32,000 nt of DNA from Wallemia ichthyophaga EXF-994 (Eukaryota; Fungi; Basidiomycota): assembly GCF_000400465.1 (NCBI RefSeq), contig NW_008806293.1, positions 92,601 to 124,600 on the forward strand, given 5' to 3'. Of this stretch, positions 11,228 to 21,000 are shown piece by piece. The position numbers were made by a program, and so were the translations under genes. The notes beneath the pieces are model-generated. The model saw nothing but the letters and a program-made list of their open reading frames with translations, did no database searches and had not been told where the DNA came from. Numbering within the stretch: position 1 is the stretch's first letter; each line of letters begins with the position of its first letter.

Positions 11228-14200
11228 TCACAGCTTTATTTTGTACAATGTTTCATCGACGTAGCTTCTTTCCTTATAGCACTTTTCCACCCACTCAATA
11301 CCCACAAGCTTCCGGTATTTGGGCCTAGCCGCGTAATCAGCACACTCACTCCCGCAACGCCTCACTCACCGCTTTGTCCGCTCAAACAGCTCCTCCACTC
11401 TTCTCTTGTCGTTCTCATCAATTACTATATGCGTTAGCCTGCTGTCGTCCACCTCCGCTACCATTCCGCCAAGCCTTGTTATCTTGTCTCGGATACCGGT
11501 CCAACTATAGCCGTGTAAGTAGGTAGGCTTGTTTACCCTAATCACCCACTCTGTCTTGCTCATTATTGATGGACGCGGGAACAGGTCGTTCGTGATTGCG
11601 TTCTCATAATCGTCAACATACACAGCGCTGCGTTTTCTTAGTTCTCTTTATTGTAATCATTCACCCACTCACACATTCAACAGCGGTTTATCTAGATCAT
11701 CACTGGTAATCACTACTGCTTCTTCAACTACTTCTGGCTCACGTGGATGATCAGCTGACAAATCAACATCGGCAGCATTAAGTGATTCATGCTGTTTAGA
11801 TGCTTTTGATGTCTCACCAAGTTCATGCTCGTGCATCTCCTCGCTATCACCTTCCTGCTTTATTTTCTTGCTCTTCTTGGCGGATGCATCCTCCACATCA
11901 ATCTCGCTATTAGTTTTATAATCACTGTCAAACGCAACCACTCTACTACGTCTTCTGCCCTTATCAACCTTATCATGCATCTCCTGCTGATTGAGTACTA
12001 GTGTTCCTGTGGTACCTGATGTCTTGACATTCTCTTCTTCCTCGAGCGTCGCAACGGCGTCTTCTTCCAAGGTCCTATCGGGATCTGCATCGTCTCGTAT
12101 AATCGACGGCTGCTCCTTCTGCACATCCTCCCGATTTTCCTGATGAGGCGACTGTGGATTCGTCGTCGGTGAGAAAAGCTGAGTCGCTTCTTTCTTGATC
12201 TTCACACTATCATCACCCTCATCAGAGCTATCATCGAAATTATTAGACGTGCTACCTTTTTGTCTGGTCACTGTGCGAGTTGAGGATGTCTGTGTATAAG
12301 TCAGTTGAGATGGTCCTAACCGTGGTGAAGGTGATTTCTGGGCTGTAAAAGCGCCTTCTTGTATAGTCTCATCGCCATCGTCGCCACTCTCTCCCAGACT
12401 TTCTTTCTCTGTCTCACTATCTTCCTCCTCAGGCACAATCGTGGCCACCTTCTCCTCTACCTGCAACGCTGGCTCTTGTGTGAATCTCAGTTCATTAATT
12501 TCACCGACGGCCTCTAAATCGAGCTGACCGTGGGCAAGACGTTCTGCTTGTTCGTGTGGAATATGATCTGGGGTGATGAAGAAAGGACGGAGGGTATCCA
12601 AAATAAGTTGACTATCGACGTCACACTGATAGACCCAATACGCACCACTCCCAGCGCCCTCTAGTGGCACGATACAGTTATATTGAACGCACTCGAGCAG
12701 CCACTGTGCACTCAGGATAGATCTTCTTTGCAACTTGACGAGCTGGGAGACCTGCACAGCTGTATTGAGTAAAAAGCGAGCAGTGAGTAAATAGCTGTTC
12801 AATTGCACCTCTACTCACCTGTAGCTTTACCTGCAATGACGAGCAGCGGTTCAGGGCAGTCTTCGTCTCTGGGTATGTGCGACAGTGCCATCCCCTTTCT
12901 TTCGGCGATGAGCACCGCAAGGTCTTTCACTTCGAGCTCGTTCGTCCCGTTCAGTATTCCTGAGTGTCGTCAACGCTGTCTGGAGCGTGAAGGTGTTACT
13001 AACGGAATGCACAGCCTTCGAAGAGCGTGTTGCGATAGTTGCGTGTATCAGCTCTCACGCTGGCCACAGCACGCGAGCTGATAACCTGTTTTTTCTGCGG
13101 CGATGTGTTGTAAGTTATGGGTGTTTGATAACTCAAACTCTCATTCTCACACTCGCCCTCGTCGGCTTGGCTTGCTTTTCTTTAACTTTAGCTTCAGCTT
13201 GATGAGAGCGCGAAGCCTTTATACCTTTGATCATGCTGTCCATCTCTGCATTGCGTCAGCATGCATACCACCTAAACACACAAAGCTCAACCCACCCGTC
13301 CACTTGAACAGACTGTCTGGATCGAAGGGGCTCTTATCCCCGCTGCCCTTGTCCAATCTGAGGCGCTTGAAGCGGGGAAAGCGGTAGGTGCACCCGGTGG
13401 GATATTGCGCTGAGATAGAATGATCAGATACGTTACGCAGCACTATTACTACCACGCACTCGATGGATTGATATCGCTTGCCTTGATCTCGACTACGAAA
13501 GATCTGCGCACACGTCAACAGCACTATCTCACTCGACTCCCACCTCACTCACTGCTGAGGGTTGATGACTACATCCGGTGTCTCGTTGCCTATTTTGACA
13601 CCAGGGTATACAGATGCAGGAGTGTACTTGCGCGTGTCTGCTTTAGCGAATAGCTCATTAATAATGACGAGATCCTGCGCCGAGTAGCCTGTTCCAGCAC
13701 GCGCGAAGAGTATGTATCTGTGATGTAGTTAGCGCGGCGTCGTGCAACTTGCTTTGCCTGTGAACAAGCCAACGGAGCTACGCACTGAGGATCCGCTGCT
13801 ATGTTCTCCTCCCTGTCATCCACTAGTGCGCAGAAGAGGGTGGAAATCACTCCATTGCGACTGTTAGACCAGTTGCCTCCGATTACTAGCAGATCGGCGG
13901 TCTCTGACATTTCATCAAAGTAGTCAGGTTTCAGCTGTGTGGGTTGTTACTTCGGTGCAAATGCAAATGCAAATGCAGATTCAGTCTTCCACCGCAACTA
14001 CACACCTTGATCCACCGATCTGATCGACCGCCATATTCGTATGTTGATAGGGGCGACTTAACCACCAGCCCTTCGCCTTTTTGGAGGATAATACGCTCAA
14101 GCGATCCCTTTAGCTCTACCACATCGCCCACAGTCCAGCGTGAAACATGCTCGAAGCGTGTAGGTAGCTCTGTGAATATGGAGCGGAGAACTTTCTGGCG

Positions 14201-15650
14201 CTCTTTAAATGGATATGCAGAGATATCTTTCCCATTTACCCAGAGCACATCGAATACCTTAACTGAGGGGGGCACCATGAGCAATGAAGATGGAGCATGT
14301 GAGCAAGCACCCACATATCGGATGTGTACCAATATCGCCTTTTGCGGCTTTTTTAAGAGTGCCAAAAGGGAGTACGGCGTCAATTGCGCCTGAATACGCC
14401 AGCATTTCTCCATCAAGCACGACTTCATCGACGCGAGAATCGAATGTGGTGTGAATAAACGGTGTAAGGCTGCCATCGGTTGGGGATTTCCCATATAAAT
14501 AGGTATAATCCTTAGCTTTCCTAGGAGGAGAGCATGGCAAATGAGAAAAACAAAACAAAGCAAAAAAAAAAACACAAACCCACCTACTCCAATACTTATA
14601 CCTGTCGCCCTTTCTATGTAGCTGTATGCGCTCGCCGTCCATCTTCTCCTCGACAACCCAGCGGCCGTGCGGCATCTTCTTGTGGACATCGGGGATGGTA
14701 TTGCGCTTGCACAACATCGGCTGGAATACTTGGAAGAGGTGAACGGAGCTATCAGCATCGCGCAGCCGCATACTCGGGTCGTACAGCCTGTAGGCAACTG
14801 TGCGCAAATCTGTCGTCACTTCAAACAGCGCGTATGCATCTGGATGGAATTGAGACAGGATGCTTCTCTCGCGGATGCTAATTTTAAGATTCTTTAGTAA
14901 GATACGCACGAGCCAGAATTGCTCTTCTGTATCGCAACGTTTTGCGAATTCTTTCATGATGTCTTTCTTTCGCTGGCTGTGAATGTGTAAAAGTGTGAGC
15001 ATGATGACATCGTAGTGGGAAAACTACCGACACTCACAAAGACTTGGCGCGCGAGAGCTGGTCAAGCTTGTGATTCACCTCGTCGATGGTAAACGATGAC
15101 TTTGAATCGTAGCTGACGCGGTTTTTCATTACGTCTACCAGCACGCTGGGGAAGTCACCACTGACTGTATGTGCAGCGGTGGGAGCTTTCCAGGAGAGTA
15201 GACGGTGACCATCATTGTGCTTAGGGGAGAGACCGAGTAGCTCAACGTATATCTTTGCGAGGACAGTCTCTTTGATGCCGAACATACTGCGCTCTCTCTC
15301 TCGCTCTGGGATCATCAAGCGGAGTAGATTGTAGAAATCATTGCCGTAATGCTCCCGGTGATACTGCGATAAGACCGATAAGGATGATGACGATAGGCAG
15401 GAGTAACAAGGCCACATACGTCAAACAGCTTCGCCAACTTTAAAGAGCGCATTGAAACATTTTTCTCGTTTGTGATGTTGTCAAAGAATGAGACTAGCTG
15501 GGCGTATTTCATTGATCCAGTATTGGAAACGCCAGCAGGACGCTCAATTGGGTGATATTCAGCGTAAGCAGTGGAGTCCTTTTCTATCCTGATATCACCC
15601 TGTTTACTCGCCGCTGCCTGCTTAATTTCATCTCTGCTGGGCGAGGACAT
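11228..15650 (-). CDS. LIG4: DNA ligase IV (NHEJ): DNA-binding, adenylation and OB domains plus two BRCT domains, about 15 exons
   Basis: Motif I EEKMDGERIQLH, LDGEM, KVFDVLW, EGLVVK, RWIKLKPDY, RFPR. BRCT1 contains LSAQWLLECV; BRCT2 contains VGIEWVEKCY. Starts MSSPSRDE at 15650 and ends YKIKL* at 11230-11228. Confidence 0.93.
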
Positions 15651-15674
15651 GGATGTTGATCACTAACGTTGATT

Positions 15675-16868
15675 ATGTCAACGAGCAAGAGATCTCTCGA
15701 GGAAATAGACGCACAGCCGAAGAAGGCGAGATTTGCAGAGAAAGATAAGCCAGAGAAGAATAATCCAGACAGAGATTTGGACACCACGCAGGATCTGGAG
15801 TACAAGAAGGGGCGCCGCGGGGCTATCAAAACAGAGGGTTATGATTCAGACAGCTCAAATGAGGGCGGCGAGTCAGTCGTGCGGTCGCGTCACAAACCCG
15901 CTGACAACGACGACGATGATATGTTTGGCGATGGTGCGGACAAGCCACAACAGCCCAGCGAAACGGAGAAAGCTAAACCACTCTCGCTCGGTGATATAGA
16001 GGGTCAGGAATTTGGCGGGTACGGTGATAAGAATACGGCAGAGAATAGCGACGGTTACAGCTCTCAAGAAGGCGAGGAGGATGAGATGGGTGGCGAGCTC
16101 AGCGCTTTCAATATGAAGTCTGAAATGCAGGAAGGTGATTTTGTCGACGATGGTACGTATGTCGAGAAACAGCGCGATCCACACGCCATGCATGACGCCT
16201 GGCTTGATAATTCCGATAAGCAGGCACGTAAGAGAGTGCGCGATGCACATAAGGAGAGGTTGAAAAAGGAGCGGGAGGAGTATGAGCGTGTAGAGGCGCA
16301 GAACGCACAAGGAGGAAGGAAAGAGGAGACGATGATGGCGCTGGCAGAGTTCACACAGCGTGGAGAGACTGTTCTCGAGGCACTCCAACGACTAGGCAAG
16401 GATAGGGAAAAATCTAAGAAAAACGGAGCTCAAGAGCTGAAGAAGGCGAGTACTCAAGTGGAGAAGTTCACAGAACTCGTCAACATAATGGTGTCAATTG
16501 GGGTGAATGAGGTGTATGATTGGGAGCACGAGCAATTTGTGAGAGGAGTTCGGAAGTCAGGCTATGTCAACGAGAATTGGGTGCCTAGTCACTATCAACA
16601 GAAGAAGACAGAGACAGTGGATGACGATAGCACCAATGATAGCACCAATAACACAAACGAAACACTATGGGAATACAAACAGTCACCTAATTATATAGCC
16701 ACGCTGCCGCCCGCTCAACGACCGGTAGAGGTACAGGTATTTGGGCCATTCAAACAAACAGAACTGCTTAATTGGGTTCATGGAGGACATCTTGGACCCG
16801 AAGGATCATTCATCAAAGTGCGAAAGGCAGGGGAGACAGCATGGGTCGATTGCAACGAGATATTCTAA
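15675..16868 (+). CDS. LIN1: U5 snRNP 52K / CD2BP2-like GYF-domain protein, single exon
   Basis: First ATG at 15675 (15669 is TTG). Acidic N-terminal half, AFNMKSEMQEGDFVDDGTYV and DAWLD segments, and a C-terminal GYF-like domain (WEYK...QVFGPFKQTELLNWVHGGHLG). Confidence 0.85.
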   Translation: MSTSKRSLEEIDAQPKKARFAEKDKPEKNNPDRDLDTTQDLEYKKGRRGAIKTEGYDSDSSNEGGESVVRSRHKPADNDDDDMFGDGADKPQQPSETEKAKPLSLGDIEGQEFGGYGDKNTAENSDGYSSQEGEEDEMGGELSAFNMKSEMQEGDFVDDGTYVEKQRDPHAMHDAWLDNSDKQARKRVRDAHKERLKKEREEYERVEAQNAQGGRKEETMMALAEFTQRGETVLEALQRLGKDREKSKKNGAQELKKASTQVEKFTELVNIMVSIGVNEVYDWEHEQFVRGVRKSGYVNENWVPSHYQQKKTETVDDDSTNDSTNNTNETLWEYKQSPNYIATLPPAQRPVEVQVFGPFKQTELLNWVHGGHLGPEGSFIKVRKAGETAWVDCNEIF

Positions 16869-16896
16869 TGAAATAACTCGATATATAGTGAAACTA

Positions 16897-17377
16897 CTAA
16901 TGCAGCCATTGTAATCTATCAAAGGGGTATACTATAGCAATGCCTTTACCGATAATAGTACCGAGGCTGATCTGGCCATACTGTCTGCTATCAATTGAGT
17001 GAAAAGTCTCGTCTCCTTGGACATAGCAATGGCCGCGATCGACGTAAGAGTCGTTGATGGTATCGCCATAAAGACCAATGATACGCTTGATAGCCAGTTT
17101 GTTTGGGTTATCTGGAGGACTGAGAGAAGAGTGAGGGAGTAAGAGACCAAAGAAAAGGGACAAACCGTAAAGCGATGATGTCACCGTGCTTGAAATGAGA
17201 AAAAGGGAGCCATTTATTGAGAATTAAGATATCGCTGCTTAGTTTATTTGTATCAGGATTCAGTGAGGGCTGCATTGAACGACCTTTGATTGAAACCAGC
17301 GAGTAGCAGTTGTGGACAAAGTAGTAGGAAACTGATAACAAACCCAGAAACCTTAGTGGCTTGACTGACTGCTTCAT
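16897..17377 (-). CDS. IMP2: Mitochondrial inner membrane peptidase subunit (S26, Imp2-like), 2 exons
   Basis: N-terminal hydrophobic segment followed by GRSMQPSLNP (catalytic Ser), one intron at 17165-17120, then AIKRIIGLYGD (catalytic Lys) and GHCYVQGDETFHSIDSR. Imp2 over Imp1 is judged from the GHC..GDE.FHS pattern. Confidence 0.85.
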
Positions 17378-18036
17378 GATATCGATCGAGATTTAAAGTT
17401 GAGTGTGCAAGACGGAGAGAGGCTGGCGACTTGATATTTGTGGGCGTGTAAGAAGGATTTACAGCTTTCAAAGTCAAATCGCAGAATTTCAATCAATTTC
17501 GTAATTGGTAGCTTGAGATAAGCCTTAGAAATTATTCTGAAGCCAAGGATTCTAAATTTGCTAGTAAGAGACTGTAAAAATAGAAGCTGATAACCAATAG
17601 ACTGGTCTAATAATTTAAAGTATTTGAAATAGTTGCAGTCTAACAAACACCGCTGAATCTGCCTGACTAGATTTGTCGATGGATTCGTTATTTTTAAATC
17701 CTGAGAGAGCAAGTGGAGTTGATAAAGCTCCTTATAAAATTCTGCACCAGTTATTTCAGCTAACCTGCTCAAAACGACTCTAATCTCGTCTTGGTTGCTG
17801 GCTCTTATCGCTGCGTCGAGTGATGACTTGTACACGCCTACTGCAAATTCGTCGATTCTATTTACTGCTATCAATCCTTGTCTGAGCTTTCTAAATCCAA
17901 GTACAACGTTATCTGATTGATTGTCTGATTTATCCCCGATCCCACAGAGATAACGATAATAATCCTCTTGAAATGACTCCTCCTTAAACTCAATCTGGTT
18001 AGATCTCGTCAAACTCCCCAATTTACTAAAGTCCAT
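17374..18036 (-). CDS. Intronless helical protein, probably PCI-fold (CSN8/PSMD8/eIF3k or SAC3/GANP-like)
   Basis: 220-aa ORF with FRKLRQGLIAVNRIDEFAVGVYKSS and a C-terminal NYFKYFKL...IISKAYLKLPITKL segment resembling PCI winged-helix regions. Family call is from recall only. Confidence 0.6.
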   Translation of the reverse strand: MDFSKLGSLTRSNQIEFKEESFQEDYYRYLCGIGDKSDNQSDNVVLGFRKLRQGLIAVNRIDEFAVGVYKSSLDAAIRASNQDEIRVVLSRLAEITGAEFYKELYQLHLLSQDLKITNPSTNLVRQIQRCLLDCNYFKYFKLLDQSIGYQLLFLQSLTSKFRILGFRIISKAYLKLPITKLIEILRFDFESCKSFLHAHKYQVASLSPSCTLNFKSRSIS

Positions 18037-18038
18037 GG

Positions 18039-21000
18039 ATGTTGCGGTGGTTGATCACTTACGTCCAAGTCGGTTGCCGTAAAATTAGAAAAACTTGGAT
18101 ATTTACTGATATTTCACACCACAGTGAACTGGGAATGGCTCAGATTACCTCAGATACCCAACATCTCTCTTCTCCCGTTTGAAATTTCAAAATCCGTGTT
18201 GAGCTATCTCCTTAGATGGATACTGAGAAGGTACATAAACGTAGATACATTTCCAGACAACATCGATGACGCCATTGTCCTCGAAAACAAGTCTCTAAAT
18301 TCCCGAGTTCGTCACGCTCTCTTCTCACCCCCACTCATCTTACATAATCACAGCCAATCAATCAACACCTGTCAAGCTCACCAATTGACGTCATTTCTGC
18401 TAAATTCAATAGGCTATCTATACGCATTCCATGGTCTAACCCGCTCAGCCAATCAATTTCCATTGATTTGGATGGCTTGGACGTGTTTTTGGCACCTTGC
18501 ACAGCAAGAGAAGAAGAACCACACCCACAGCTAAACGTTGACTCCCTCGCTCAACAGTATCTCGACAACAACAATGATTATCCAATCCCTGGATCATTCG
18601 ATGTACACTCTCACTCCGCCACTTCGGCCACCTCAGCTACCTCACAGAGATCTCTGCTTAAATCACTTATAAATGCTATTTTAGCTAAAATCAATGTTAC
18701 ACTCACAAACACCCAAATCACTCTATCAAATAGCGATAGCTCTATTCAATGTAAAATGGCGTCATTAGAGTTCGGTGACGTCGATTTAAGCGCAAATCAG
18801 CGAACTTTCTCTTTAAATGGTGTTGAGCTGTTTACCCACACCACACAGCAGCCACAGCAGCCACAAAGCTCTCAGATGTTCATGAGCGCACAAGAGAGTC
18901 TCCACCAAACTCCATCCACACATCGAATCCTAAACTTGACCAATAAAATCACCCTCACTCTCCAAAATGATTTAAATGACTCAATACCTACGATAAATAT
19001 GGATATTGGTGGTGTAGTTTTGCTTCTCTACCCATCCACCGTTTCCTGCCTTCTCCATCTCATTCAGTCGTTCCCTGTTGCTTCCAAGACAAATGCACAC
19101 ACAGAGTCACGGACAGATGCTCCTTTCATCTTCGGTATCCTCCTACGCCATCTGCGCGTCTTCATTCTCTTGGACGAATTAGACTACATTATCAACGAGG
19201 ATGATCTGTGGAAGGGCACCACCTCTAATTTCCACATACCAGGCTATTATGTCGAGGCTAGCATCACAGATATTGATATCACAGCTCCTCAATGGTCAAT
19301 GACGGTGGGCGACGCCAGCGTAATGGCGAGTGACTCTGTTCGTACATTCCCACTGCTCATTTTCGACGACGCTGTATCAAACGCAGTGTCTAGTGCAGCG
19401 CCCACAATGTCCGACTGGCTGTCAGAGGAAGAAGAGGGCGGAGATGAGCGTATTTACGACAACATGACGTGGAAGCTGCTCAGCACAGACGCAAATGGAG
19501 CAGCTAGTACGCCTCCAAAAAACAAATCTATCATCAAAATGACTGGGAGAGATGTATGCATCTCCTCCACTCACCTATTCGCTGATTTGGCTGTTGTCGA
19601 GCGGTTTTTCGGCAGCGATCTCTTCCAAGCATTGAATGTGAACGTGGCTGCGACTCACGACAGCATTGTCAACTCACTTTTACAAGAGGCAGATAAAAGC
19701 ATTTCACCTGCATCTGCATCTGCTTCCGAAATACTATCACCCCTCCAATCCATCCCTTTCACGCTTACGCTAGATGCTATCAGAGTGTCTTTGCGCTGTC
19801 CACCCCCCTCTCCACACCATCAATTGCGTTCGGGAATTCTGACGATAGATGTGCGCCAGCTTAGTCTCACTCCACTTTCAAACACTCGAACAACCGACGT
19901 TAGCATGGAGTATTCAAATGTATACTGGCTTGATGCGCGTCATCATCATGTATGTAGCGGACCAAAGCGTATTACGAAAGTGGACGCACCGAAGCTAGCA
20001 ATCAAGACGCGCACACACGCTCACTCAACACCTAAACTCACACTGGCTATCCCATACATAGAGTTCGAATTTAGGAGGCGTGAGCTGGTCGGGCTGCAGT
20101 ATCTCGCCGACGACGTGGCTTTGCTAAGCGAGCGTATCAAGGCGAGTAGAGGGAAGGTTGGAGAGAATGTTAATGTGATGCAGTCGGTCGTGGAGCTCGT
20201 CAAGAGTCGGTTAGTGGTTGATGAGATGGCCGCGGATGTGAGTGGTAGCAGCCATGTTCACACTCAAACTCAAGATGGATCTATGCACGACTTCTTCGAG
20301 GCTGAGAATGCTGAGAAAGAAGAAAATCATGGTGACACTGAAGCTGATCTTGATGTGCATTTAGATGCAGGTAAATACATGATAGATGTCCCCACTATCA
20401 ACTTGAGCACGGGGAAGGAGACGGGCGAGTGTTCGCTGGTGGTTGCCGACGTACGCGACATAGACGTTTCGGCAAGATTTCCACAAGATGCACGCAAAAC
20501 GAGCAAAAGTAAGAAGGTTTGAAAATAGTACTGGTGTGTCGACGACGGCTGACGTGCTGCAGGATAGCAAGACAAGTTTCAAAGTGACACTTCTATCGAT
20601 CATAGTGAGAGAGGGCGACAACGACCCACTGGTAGAATCACATCGCCACATGGAGAACCCAGCCATTTATCTCTTTTTCAATGCTTCTGTGTCTAGGAAA
20701 GGTGTGAAGACGTCAGCAGCAGAGATAGTGCTCCACTCGGTGATCTTCAACAGTGACCTCAACACAGATCTCTTGCGTGATATTGCTTTCTTGCTCCAAC
20801 CACCACCAGGGGTGTGTTGCTTTAATATTAGTGGTGGCTACGTCTAACGCACATCTCGGCAGGTCTTCGAGAACGCCGTTCCCTCCGATATCACGACTCT
20901 GGGAGTGCGCCTGAAAGATGTATCGGCGCGCATTTGTCCCCTCACCTCGCAACGTCGTCTCGTCGTCCATTTCGGCAATACCTACATACATTTGACACTG

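Noticed and set aside
8559-11239. 14-bp perfect inverted repeat (ATAAAGCTGTGAAA at 8559-8572; reverse complement at 11226-11239) flanking the acyl-CoA synthetase gene like transposon ends
   Set aside because: About two such 14-mer pairs are expected by chance in 32 kb (roughly 5e8 pairs divided by 4^14). One copy is simply the last LIG4 codons and stop. No transposase or target-site duplication is seen.
13950-13980. (TGCAAA)n hexamer run
   Set aside because: A short intronic microsatellite in LIG4, with no spacer structure or further copies.
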